Shown here piece by piece: positions 1 to 11,929 of a stretch of 64,000 bases of DNA. Position 1 is the first letter of the stretch. Every line of letters begins with the position of its first letter. The stretch is from Octopus sinensis. Its lineage: Eukaryota. The stretch is from positions 4,836,001 through 4,900,000 of the forward strand of contig NC_042998.1 in the NCBI RefSeq assembly GCF_006345805.1, written 5' to 3'. A model generated the notes under the pieces. It ran no database searches. It was not told the DNA's origin and saw only the letters and a program-made list of their open reading frames with translations. Made by a program: the position numbers and the translations under genes.

Positions 1-320
1 CTATCTAGTTACTTAGTGAGCAGGGAAATCAATACTCAAATGACCCCCCACCTCAAGGCCGCCTAGATAGGTAGGAGATTGATATCTTCAAGCATGAGGC
101 CTTCTCCAATGTCTATAACAGAGTAAAGTTTGCAGAAGACACATAAAGAGCCAAGTGGTGATGTTAAATCGGGTAACGGGTTGAGTCTGCATTCCAAGTA
201 TACAAGAGCTAGTTTTGAATTCAGAAATTAAAAAAGCCGAAACAAATACCAAAAATGCTTCATCAGCAATGTAGTCTTACCATTCCATCAATTCAACAAG
301 TATTCTTGTTGGATTGCAGA

Positions 321-375
321 AACTGGTCCCATTTTATCAATACCGAAAGGATGAAAGGCGAATTTGATCTCGAAT
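321..375 (-). mobile_element. Short fragment of SINE family B
   Basis: Reverse complement contains GCCTTTCATCCTTTCGGTATTGATAAAAT, the core motif of the family B copies elsewhere in the window. Confidence 0.5.
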
Positions 376-2967
376 TTCAACACAGAGTACAGAGGGGAGA
401 AAAATATCTCGGAAAGTAAAGTATTATGTCCAATGCTGAAGCAACTCAACAAATTCGTCACCTATTGTCATTATGTATTGTGTTTGGGTTAGTTGATTCA
501 AACCCAGCACAAAAATAACTGGGCTGTGTTAAAGTCCTTGATAGATATCTGCAGAGCATGAAGAAACCCAAGTCTTCAGGGAAGCTGGTTGACATTTGAG
601 TTAATAGAAGGATGAAACAGGTATGTTTCTGGTATGGTAGTGGCATGAAATTCTGAGATTAAATAACGAGGAAAAGTAATTTACATGTACTGTGCTTGAT
701 GGGAAATAAAGAGCACATACGTCCCGTGCATATAATGTATCAAGTTGGTTTATTATTTGGAAGCATAACTGTTATAAAATGAAAGTGAACTAAGTGCGTG
801 CAAAAATTATATTTTAATTTGTAATTTTGAGTTTTTTTCATTCATATAAAAACACACAGAGACGTGGTAACTTTTGTGTGCTTGCGTACGTGCGTGTATG
901 TGTATTACCATACTTTTAAATTCATCTATTGGATACATTTGCATGTAAGTTATTTTCTAGATAATTATCTTGAGAAAGCGCTCAGGCCTAGAAGAAGCTG
1001 TTTAGATTTGAATTGTTAATTATTGTTGCAAAATGTTTGTATAGAGAAAATAAAAACTGTTTGAGGGTGAGTTAATTTATTTAAGACGGCAAATGAAAGA
1101 TTTGTTTGTTGATACAAAGATAGATGAAATTCAGTGAGAATACTTAGCCACGAGGTACTCGTCAGTTAACGAAATTAGTGTGTCGAGTGAGGGTATGGCA
1201 AAATGTGTGCGATAGTATTTTGATATGATAGCTATAAAGATATTTTACTAAACTGAATTCTTGGTCTTCAATAAATTTACCGCAGATGGTAATTGAAAAA
1301 ATTATGAGAAATTATAAAACCGATACAAACGTTTCTGCAGATGACACAGTCTCTGGGATCAGAGCTGTGTTAAAGACTTTGACAGATATCTGCATAGCAA
1401 GAAGAAAGCCAAGGCTTCAGGGGAGCCGGTTGACATTTCATTTCATTCTGGTCTCATTTATTGTTGGTTTCAGTTTCATATTCTAATCTTTACTCTCCAA
1501 CATGCATTTATAACACGTTCATGGTGTCCATGCTTCAGTTAATGTCTGCAATTATGCTTAAGTGTATACACCATCTACGCAACTGATTCTGTCTTGCATT
1601 TAGGTACTTGATGTACAAGTATATATTTTTGTTGTAGGAAAAGGATAACTTTCCTACGTGTGTCAAGCACCCTTACTATTTTTATATGAGTTGAAATGCT
1701 TTATTGTTTCATCATGAATTAAACAAAGTTGCAGTGTAATAATTTTGCTTGCTACAAATTTATATTGGTACCATTTCATCTCATTTATCTTGTTACTGAA
1801 TTTATATTGGTAATATTACATTTTCTCTGCTCTCCTAAATGCTATTTATTTTCTATGCATTTCATTTAGTTTTAATTCGGAAATACTACGTCTTGGTGTG
1901 AGGTATTATCCAACCCTTTAATAAGTTAATCAAATATAGACTGTTTTTTGTTGTTATAGAGATGTATATTAATATCGCAGACCACCCACTAATATCTCTC
2001 CGATGAATTTTGGTATGAAAATGTGTGGAGGGTTCATTTATTATATTGAAAATTATATAATTCATTCCAAGCTTGTAATACATTGTATAACTTTATAACT
2101 GAAGGCGTTATTTCGTACAATGTGAGTAAAATAATTACCATTTTACTACTACAGGAAAGAAATAGGTTGCCCACACTAATTAAATGAAAGTGTTCCATAT
2201 AAACAGGTTATATTGGAAAGTGTTGATTATTCTTTAATAAATTAAAAGAGAATCCTACCAGCGGCTATTATACAATCAGTCTATTTCTACTCTCTTTAAA
2301 CTTTTCTTTAATTTTTTTTTTGCTTCCCGACTATCGTTAATATCATAAACCACATCTAATAACATTTCTCTTGAATACAAGAGTTTGGCTGTTCGACAAA
2401 CTTTAAAATATGTATTATGATACTTCTGTTCTACAGCTGAGGGTTAAAAGTTTCGAGGCTATTTCTGAAAGCTTAAAAAGCGTTACCGTAGGAAAATATT
2501 GTGAAAATATATTTTTTGGTTTCAAACACTGAATGGTGGATAAAAGAAATAACCCAAAGCAACGTTATCAATGTCTCTAAATGTAGAATTCACCGGTCTG
2601 ATATTGAACATATATCATGATACCGGAATCATATTTTGAATTTAACTATCTACTGATTTCATATAAAAGTAAATTCAATGATTTGCAAATTCTTTCATAT
2701 TTACAATTGCTATAAAAATGAAAGCTCTCCATAAGATCAAGAGACGGCGCACATAGGTTTCTTGTTCTTAGAAATTAACACATGATAAATTCTGATTCAA
2801 TAATCTGCTTTGCAGCATATGTCTAAGCTTTCAGCCTAATATTAATTTTATTCATGTGTCCAGAGAGATATGGCTTCTCTAAAAGTATTTCCAGTGTGAG
2901 AATAAGATTCTTGAGTGTGCATAGGTTTTAAGTGAAACTAACTCTATAATTCGATATCCTGTAGATC

Positions 2968-3136
2968 ATGTATGTTTGTATGTATGTATATATGTGTGTA
3001 TGTATGTATGTGTGTGTATATGTATGTATGCATGTGTGTGTATATGTTTGTATGTATGTATGTATGTATGTATATATGTGTGTATATATGTATGTTTGTA
3101 TGTATGTTTGTATGTATGTATGTATGTATGTATGTT

Positions 3137-3168
<32 letters not shown>

Positions 3169-3606
3169 TATATGTGTGTATGTATGTATGTGTGTGTATA
3201 TGTATGTATGCATGTGTGTATATGTTTGTATGTATGTATGTATGTATATATGTTTGTATGTATGTATGTATGTATGTGTGTATGCATGTATGTATGTATG
3301 TATGTATGTATGTATATATGTGTGTATGTATGTATGTATGTATGTTTGTATGTATGTATGTATGTATGTATGTATGTTTGTATGTATGTATGTTTGTATG
3401 TATGTATGTTTGTATGTATGCATGTGTGTGTATATGTTTGTATGTATGTATGTATGTATGTTTTGTATGTATGTATGTATGTATGTTTGTATGTATGTAT
3501 GTATGTATGTTTGTATGTTTGTATGTATGTATGTGTGTATGTATGTATGTATGTATGTGTGTATGTATTATGTATGTGTGTATGTATGTATGTATGTATG
3601 TGTGTG

Positions 3607-3637
<31 letters not shown>

Positions 3638-3823
3638 GTGTGTATATGTATGTATGTATGTATGTTTGTATGTATGTATGTATGTATGTGTGTAAGTATG
3701 TATGTATGTATGTTTGTATGTATGTATGTATGTATGTGTGTATATGTATGTATGTATGTGTGTGTATATGTATGTATGTATGTATGTTTGTATGTATGTT
3801 TGTATGTATGTATGTATGTATGT
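2968..3823. repeat. Imperfect (TATG)n tetranucleotide microsatellite, about 855 bp
   Basis: Directly visible; source of the MYVC and IHTY pseudo-ORFs. Confidence 0.97.
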
Positions 3824-4168
3824 AAAAGGGTAAAGACCCCCTTCGGTCATTAATGACCATGGGATTGCACCTAGAAAGTTACCTTCCTAGATACAAGTCC
3901 GGGCAAGGTTGTTTATGGAAGGCCAGCAGTCACCCATGCATACCAGCCTCCCCTCTCCACGCCACCAGTGTTATCCAAGGGAAAGACAAAGGTCGATACA
4001 GCTTGGCACCAGTGACGTCGCAACTCATTTCTACAGCTGAGTGAACTGGAGCAACGTGAAATAAAGTGCCTTGCTCGAGAACACAACACGCAGCCCGGTC
4101 CGGGATTCGAGCTCACAACCTCACGATCGTAAGCTCGACGCTCTAACCACTGAGCCATGCGCCTTCAC
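3824..4168 (-). mobile_element. tRNA-derived SINE (family C), copy 1, with (CATA)n on both sides
   Basis: Minus strand starts GTGAAGGCGCATGGCTCAGTGGTTAGAGCG (A box TGGCTCAGTGG) and has a B-box-like GCTCGAATCC at 4103-4112. A body of about 270 bp follows, then a (CATA)n tail. Confidence 0.85.
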
Positions 4169-4398
4169 ATGTATGTATGTATGTATGTATGTATGTATGT
4201 TTGTATGTATGTATGTTTGTATGTATGTATGTATGTATGTATGTATGTATGTTTGTATGTATGTATGTATGTATGTATGTATGTTCGTATGTATGTATGC
4301 ATGTATGTATGTGGTGTATATGTATGTATGTATGTATGTTTGTATGTATGTATGTATGTTTGTATGTATGTATGTATGTATGTAGTATGTATGTATGT

Positions 4399-4743
4399 AA
4401 AAGGGTAAAGACCCCCTTCGGTCATTAATGACCATGGGATTGCACCTAGAAAGTTACCTTCCTAGATACAAGTCCGGGCAAGGTTGTTTATGGAAGGCCA
4501 GCAGTCACCCATGCATACCAGCCTCCCCTCTCCACGCCACCAGTGTTATCCAAGGGAAAGACAAAGGTCGATACAGCTTGGCACCAGTGACGTCGCAACT
4601 CATTTCTACAGCTGAGTGAACTGGAGCAACGTGAAATAAAGTGCCTTGCTCGAGAACACAACACGCAGCCCGGTCCGGGATTCGAGCTCACAACCTCACG
4701 ATCGTAAGCTCGACGCTCTAACCACTGAGCCATGCGCCTTCAC
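4399..4743 (-). mobile_element. tRNA-derived SINE (family C), copy 2, tandem duplicate at +575 bp
   Basis: Appears identical to 3824-4168 by eye; the duplicated ORFs 3853/4428 and 3913/4488 have identical translations. Confidence 0.85.
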
Positions 4744-4989
4744 ATGTATGTATGTATGTATGTATGTATGTATGTTTGTATGTATGTATGTTTGTATGTA
4801 TGTATGTATGTATGTATGTATGTTTGTATGTATGTATGTATGTATGTATGTATGTAGTATGTATGTATGCATGTATGTATGTGTGTGTGTATATGTATGT
4901 ATGCATGAATGTATCTGTTATGTATGTAGGTATGCATGCATGTGTATATGTATGTATCTGTATTTCTATTTGTTCCCTCCTACACTCTT

Positions 4990-5915
4990 TCTCTCTCTCC
5001 CTCAGTTTATATGTAGGGAAAATTCACAAAAAAAAACAAAAGACGAAGACAGGTGGTGTAGACAGCAAACAGATCTATTAGTTTAACGCTCGGGAAGTGA
5101 AAAAGTGTTTAACGTTTCGAGCCTACGTTCTTCCACAGAAAGGAACACAAAAAGAAACAGGGAGAGAAAATAAAGAATATGTAGTTGCTAGCGATCTATC
5201 ATGGCGAATGCTGGATAGAGGGGTCACACAAGAGAGCTAGGAAAGAGGGGAGATAATAAAGTAGTGGTGTTCCCAAAACGAAGGTGCGCGTGCGTATGTA
5301 TAAGAGAGCATGTATGTGCGTGTTGAAGAGGGCTGGTAACCTTGACGTGTGCGTGATTGCATGTGTAGGTGTGTGGGTGATAGTGTGGGTGCTGGGAAGA
5401 GGTCAGTGGTAGTGTGTGCGTGGTGGCGTGATGTGATGTGGTGTGGTATGGTGTTGTGTGGTATGGTGGTGTTGGAATTGGGGAGGTGAGAGTGGAGAAG
5501 CAAGGATGGGGGTGGGAGTTAGACTGTGAGTGGGAGTAGATGTGGGTATGTGGGAGTGGGTGTAAGGGTTGGGGTGGGATAGGATGGATAGGGAAAGTGG
5601 GGTTGGATTACGAGGGAGGGGTGACGATGAAGGGAGGTGGGTAGGAGTGAAGAGAAGAGAGAAGGAGGGTAGGAGTGAAAAGAAGAAGTAGGAGTCGAAG
5701 CAAGAGAGGAGAAGTGGTTGGGAGGAAGTAGGTGTGAGAGGAAGAGCGGACCGGGGAGGAGGGTTAGTTGAAGAAGGGAGGAGATTTGAGCCCATGTGGC
5801 GCAAAGGAGCAAAGAGAGGAGATTAATCCCTGTTCACGGCGAAGACGGGAGTCCGGATGGACCCTGTGCAAGCACAATTCGAAAACAGACAGATGTTGCA
5901 AATATGGACATATCT
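4990..5915 (-). mobile_element. Penelope-like element (Neptune-type) 3' portion: GIY-YIG C-terminus, low-complexity spacer and pLTR end
   Basis: Minus-strand translation of about 5765-5910 gives LQHLSVFELCLHRVHPDSRLRREQGLISSLCSFAPHGLKSPPFFN*, matching the PLE GIY-YIG C-terminal pattern R..E..LI..L....P.GLN. Terminal motif GCTCGAAACGTT lies near 5111-5122. Confidence 0.75.
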
Positions 5916-6278
5916 AGCGACCTATCTATATACATAGGTTTACATAGATATGCATATATAATATAATATAATATGATATGATATAATATGATATAAAGAG
6001 AGAGCGAATGTTGCTAAAAATTTTATAGCTCAACGTAAAATGTTTGTTTACGTCAGTATCAAGTTTGCTACAAATGAAAATTTGGCTTGTAGCACATGAA
6101 GCTTTTATGTAGACAGTAATCCTTGACGGAATTAGTAACGACAGTACTAAAACTAATTTTAACTATACACATTTCATCACTACTATAGAAATTAATTGAA
6201 AATTGGTTATAATTAATTCCTATACGTTAGAATATCAGCAGAAGATCGAATAGAAAATACATATAAAAGTATACCAAA

Positions 6279-6330
<52 letters not shown>

Positions 6331-6387
6331 ATAAATATATTTATATAAATATGCTATGTTTGTATATTGTATGTTATATATAGTATA

Positions 6388-6810
6388 GGCGCAGGTGTGG
6401 CTGTGTGGTAAGTAGCTTGCTTACTAAGTACATGGTTCCGGGTTCAGTCCTACTGCGTGGAAATTGCATGTCTTCTACTATGGCCTCGGGCCGACCAAAG
6501 CCCTGTGAGTGGATTTGGTAGATGGAAACTGAAAGAAGCCCGTCATATATTTATATATATATATGTATGTGTGTGTGTGTGTGTATGTGTGTATGTGTAT
6601 GTTTGTGTGTCTGTGTTTGACCCTCCTACATCGTTTGACAACTGACGCTGGTGTGTTTACGTCCCTGTATCTTAGTGGTTCAGCAAAAAGTGACTGATAG
6701 AATAAATACTAGGCTTACAAAGAATACGTCCTGGGGGCGATTTGCTCGACTAAAGGCGGTGCCCCAGTATGGCGGCTGTCAAATTACTAAAACAAGTAAA
6801 ACAGAAAATA
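6388..6810 (+). mobile_element. tRNA-derived SINE family A (CORE-like, with internal microsatellite)
   Basis: Head GGCGCAGGTGTGGCTGTGTGGTAAGTAGCTTGC...GGTTCAGTCC, internal (TA/TG)n, tail GGCGGTGCCCCAGTATGGCGGCTGTCAAATTACTAAAACAAGTAAAA. Confidence 0.85.
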
Positions 6811-6986
6811 ATACACACACATATATGTATTATATATATATATGTGTGTGTGTGTGTGTAAGTATAATAGATACAATAGGAAAGCTTCAAACCAGGCGGA
6901 CTACGATTAATACACACATATACGTGTTTAATTACGCTAAAATAAGTTAAAATAAGAATTGTCCAATCCGAAACATATATTGATAA

Positions 6987-7114
6987 AAAGAATAAAAAGT
7001 TTTGAATGGTACAACATTGCACTATAATACAAACAATGTTGTAATTTAATCATCCATAGTCTATCAGTTTGTATTATAGTGCATTGTTTTACCATTCAAA
7101 ACTTTTTATTCTTT
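6987..7114. repeat. Fold-back inverted repeat (about 47-bp arms, 2 mismatches), duplicated at about 7967-8094
   Basis: AAGAATAAAAAGTTTTGAATGGTACAACATTGCACTATAATACAAAC pairs with GTTTGTATTATAGTGCATTGTTTTACCATTCAAAACTTTTTATTCTT. Confidence 0.85.
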
Positions 7115-7237
7115 ACAAACAATACACAATGCTTCAAGCGAACTACAATACTCTCTTATATTAATATATTAAAAATATAGAAAAATCGAAATATAAAAAT
7201 ATATGAATACTAAAAATATACATGGACATATATGTGT

Positions 7238-7303
<66 letters not shown>

Positions 7304-7357
7304 AATATATTTATATAAATATGCTATGTTTGTATATTGTATGTTATATATAGTATA

Positions 7358-7795
7358 GGCGCAGGTGTGGCTGTGTGGTAAGTAGCTTGCTTACTAAGTA
7401 CATGGTTCCGGGTTCAGTCCTACTGCGTGGAAATTGCATGTCTTCTACTATGGCCTCGGGCCGACCAAAGCCCTGTGAGTGGATTTGGTAGATGGAAACT
7501 GAAAGAAGCCCGTCATATATTTATATATATATATGTATGTGTGTGTGTGTGTGGTGTGTGTGTGTGTGTATGTGTGTATGTGTATGTTTGTGTGTCTGTG
7601 TTTGACCCTCCTACATCGTTTGACAACTGACGCTGGTGTGTTTACGTCCCTGTATCTTAGTGGTTCAGCAAAAAGTGACTGATAGAATAAATACTAGGCT
7701 TACAAAGAATACGTCCTGGGGGCGATTTGCTCGACTAAAGGCGGTGCCCCAGTATGGCGGCTGTCAAATTACTAAAACAAGTAAAACAGAAAATA
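7358..7795 (+). mobile_element. SINE family A, duplicated copy
   Basis: Same structure as 6388-6810, inside the second tandem unit. Confidence 0.85.
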
Positions 7796-8208
7796 ATACA
7801 CACATATATGTATTATATATATATGTGTGTGTGTGTGTGTAAGTATAATAGATACAATAGGAAAGCTTCAAACCAGGCGGACTACGATTAATACACACAT
7901 ATACGTGTTTAATTACGCTAAAATAAGTTAAAATAAGAATTGTCCATCCGAAACATATATTGATAAAAAGAATAAAAAGTTTTGAATGGTACAACATTGC
8001 ACTATAATACAAACAATGTTGTAATTTAATCATCCATAGTCTATCAGTTTGTATTATAGTGCATTGTTTTACCATTCAAAACTTTTTATTCTTTACAAAC
8101 AATACACAATGCTTCAAGCGAACTACAATACTCTCTTATATTAATATATTAAAAATATAGAAAAATCGAAATATAAAAATATATGAATACTAAAAATATA
8201 CATGGACA

Positions 8209-8247
<39 letters not shown>

Positions 8248-9035
8248 AAAAGGACTCTTTTAAAAAAAAAATTAAAATATAATATATAGGAATTAATCAG
8301 CATTAGAAAGAGTTTTGGGTAACACGTTAGAGGGAAAAAGTTCTTCCAACGAACGTTTCAGGGGTACATTCGTGCAGATTACATAGTGTTTACGCTAGAT
8401 TTGAATTTAGTCCCTGAACAGGTATAAGATAATTTGATGCTTTATAGAAGAGCAGACAAAGCTATGTAAATTATGGAAGATTTTTTGAGGGCTGATGGGA
8501 GAAAAATTAGATTTTCTTAAAATTTATATTTGTATTGGCGATATGTTGTTCTGCAACAGAAAATATTGCTAAGTGGTTTCGAATTTGAAGAGTCGCATGA
8601 AAGTTGAATAGTGTCTATGGTTGCAGGAAGTAATAGCGTCAAAAATCATATTTAAAGCAGCGGAATTAAACATTCGAAGTATAATCTATGATTCTTTTAT
8701 ACACACTCGACATCTGCCAGTAATCGTATTATATGGTGGGGGCCCTCATCTATGATTGAACAAGGCAATGTATAATTAATGTTCTGTAATTTTAAATCGT
8801 CTACGTACCTGTCTAACGCCGTAGGATTTTTGTTTTAACTTATAAAAGGAATTTACAAGTATTCTATATCGTTTGATGTTTATCGTTTGTCACTGAACAT
8901 TTATAGATTGCATTTTTGCGTAGACATAAACCCGCAAGTGGACAAAATTCAGGGGCCCTGCATTACGAGATCTAGTTGTGTTTCTTCATGTGATATGTAA
9001 ATATTGTCTCCGCAAGTTTAAAATCCTCACCTTCA

Positions 9036-9105
9036 AGAACATCCTCTCTGTCGTGGCCTGAATTTAGTAGTAAATTCAGGCCGCGAGAGAAAGAAAGGAT
9101 GTTCT
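9036..9105. repeat. 70-nt hairpin
   Basis: AGAACATCCT / AGGATGTTCT outer stem; TCGTGGCCTGAATTTA-gtag-TAAATTCAGGCCGCGA inner stem. Confidence 0.75.
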
Positions 9106-11284
9106 AGGAGCCGAGGATTCTAAACTTACGAAGACAATATTTACATATCGCCTGAGGAATCACAACTAGCTCTCATAATGCAGCGAAACAGTTGCATCAT
9201 CCAGTACTTGCACCCCTGGAGAACTACGGTGCGTGGAAACAATTGTAGTGATTAAAGAATATATGTCCAACTGTACCCCTTCTTGTTGTCTCCATTTTTT
9301 TCAGTTGTCTGTTCACACACAAGAAATTCAAAACCTGGAAGTAATTATAATACTACTACTGGATAGCAATTAGTAAATCTGGAGGTGGACGAGCTTTATA
9401 TTGTACAGTATTACGTTCTTAACAGAATATACCATAACTATATATAGATATGTGTGTGTATGTCTGTGTGTATCTATACATAACTTTACACAGACTGTTA
9501 CGGAGAAATTGAATATGAAATTTCATTCACTTCGTAGCAAATCTTCACATTGACATTTTACACGAATGAATCTTTATATATATACGTCTAATGTTAACTG
9601 CTCGACGAGTAGTTAATATTAACATCTCAAATGACGGAAAACTGTCGTATACAAGATGGATTCTGCAGCTACACACACAAAGTATACTGGAAGCCATAGA
9701 ATTTGAATCTGCCATGTGCCACCTAAACTAATCTTGCACTGAAGTTCTGAAGTTAAAATTAAAGCTATACAAACTATAAACTGCATTACCTTTCTGTAAT
9801 ATGTAAATAAACATTTCCCCGAAATATACCTCAACAGAAATCTGAAAACTAAATTATTTAAATAAATAAATATCTAAAATCTAAATAGATATTTCTCTGA
9901 ATATTGAAATGACAGAATATTTTATTTCCTAATGCCATTAGAGTTACCGATATATCCTATTCATATTAGGCCAATATCAAGATTATTTGGAACGTGAAAG
10001 TAGTCACCTTAAATTAATATTTGCATATGGTATTTTTAAGAAATTCTTCTCTCCCTTTACTCATTCATGTTTTGTTTCTATTTGTGTGGGTTTTTGTTTT
10101 TTCTTCGTTTTGTTTTTTAAGGATATTCTCATTACAACTGAACGTTGATGTATTTGAAGCTAACATAACTGCTAATATATTTATAAAAATCAAACAGTTT
10201 AACGTATTTGTAAAGGAATTCAGAAAAGCTAATTATTATAGATATATATATGTATTTAAATGGATTTAAATGTGTCCAACAAGCTTTGAAAATATATTCA
10301 ATTGAATTAAAGCTCGTAAAAAAAGGAAGGTTGTTAACAAACTGTTAAGACTTCAACCCATGAAGCAAAATAGATATTCGTTTGAAACCTATGCTTGTAA
10401 CGCCAATATAATATAAAATTATAAATTTTCTATCATATATGCTTAAATAGTTTATATATGAGTGCACAAATAATTATTTTGCAAGTAAAAATACAAATCT
10501 TACATAATACATTTTTCATTAATATTAAATGTATTCGGAAAATTATCAAAGGGAAAAATCTTCAAATATTTTGAAGATATTCATTAACGTAATATTGTAC
10601 TTCTTAAAGTTGCTTTTATATTATAAATATAATGCTATATTTTGTGAATAAATAAAATGCGAAGATTTTCGAAGTAAAACATCACTCAATATAAGAACCA
10701 ACATGAGACCAAAAAGAGAAAAGATCTACTTCACTGAACCAAAACGATATATGTGTGTACATGTGTGGGTGTAGATGCGTTTGTGCGTGTGAGTTCATAT
10801 GTGTGTGTGCCTTTTAATACTGTTTGTGTATGACGCATTCACAGGAGGCTGAAAGCTCCCAAAACCGTTTTAAGCGCCCCATGAGTGGTGAATGGTAGTT
10901 ATCCTGTAAAGGATCCATCTGGTTTGTATGACTAAAACAAAGTAGACTGCTTTAAAGGTACCTATGAGTCAGACCATGATTTTTAATGGGGTGCGGACAG
11001 ATTACCTTACCTCCATACTGTTTCCGAATAAACGGCTAACCATATCTATGGCATAAGTCTTCACAAATTCGTAAAGTGACGCCTCACTAATCGCATTACA
11101 GAGCGTCTTCCAATAGTTTAGCCTTAAACTAATTACACAAACCTCTCTTATTTTACCCTTGTAGTATCATTCTTTTCTGAATCAGTGTATATATCGAAAT
11201 AATTGAACAGATCCATAATACGGAGATGTACTTGCATAGCAAGTGACCTGCTCTGAGATTGTGTGCTGGAACGAAAACAATAGC

Positions 11285-11420
11285 AGCCATTTAAGAGACA
11301 CACAAAAACTGTTAGATTCGCTTTGAAACCGCGCGGTCTCAAAGCGACGAAAATATTTTGACAAATTAAATTTAAATGTTGAAGTGAATCTAACGGTTTT
11401 TGTGTGTTTCTTAAATGGCT
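11285..11420. repeat. Nested inverted repeat (35-bp outer arms enclosing a second hairpin)
   Basis: AGCCATTTAAGAGACACACAAAAACTGTTAGATTC pairs with GAATCTAACGGTTTTTGTGTGTTTCTTAAATGGCT; internal hairpin CGCTTTGAAACC-GCGC-GGTCTCAAAGCG. Confidence 0.8.
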
Positions 11421-11683
11421 TCCACGCTACAATTAAACCCATAATACATTTTAGTAAATCTTTAAGCGTACTGTCAATTACATAATAGTACTGAACCTGA
11501 ATCTTCACAGATTTCTCTGTCATTCAATATACAGGATATTTTCTCGGTACTATTTTCAATGGAACTTCTGAACACTTTTTCAGTTAAAAGAAAACCCCGA
11601 ACACACACACACACGCACTTACACACGTGCACACATATAGGCATACGCATGTACGTAGATAGGTATAAATATGTATATCTATA

Positions 11684-11761
<78 letters not shown>

Positions 11762-11929
11762 ATATAAAGACATTATTATTATTAATAACAAATAACAGCA
11801 ATAATTTAAGTGGACAGCAACCATTAAAGCCAGAAAAGCAAATTTATAAATTTATGATTAATTATCAATTATAATTGACAATACACAAAGTACCAGCGTT
11901 ACGAGAAATAAGAGTCGAAAAATACTCAA

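Larger units (their letters stand above)
6280..8243. repeat. Tandem duplication of an approximately 980-bp unit with junctions in (TA)n tracts
   Basis: 6388 vs 7358 and 6651 vs 7636 show near-identical sequence, differing mainly in microsatellite lengths and a 1-bp indel (GTCCAATCCG vs GTCCATCCG). Confidence 0.92.

Noticed and set aside
4090-4168. tRNA-like sequence (also in family A and B heads)
   Set aside because: Has A and B boxes but no complete cloverleaf and continues into a SINE body; not a tRNA gene.
3824-4743. Repeat-spacer-repeat pattern as a possible CRISPR array
   Set aside because: Eukaryotic context; repeats are 345-bp SINEs and spacers are microsatellite; no cas genes.
2928-5086. 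Long ORFs (up to 310 aa) of IHTY/MYVC repeats
   Set aside because: Translations of (TATG)n microsatellites and SINE sequence; no coding signal.
9305-9340. 36-nt candidate micro-exon (TTTTTCAG|LSVHTQEIQNLE|GTAATT)
   Set aside because: Plausible splice sites but too short to separate from chance without RNA data.
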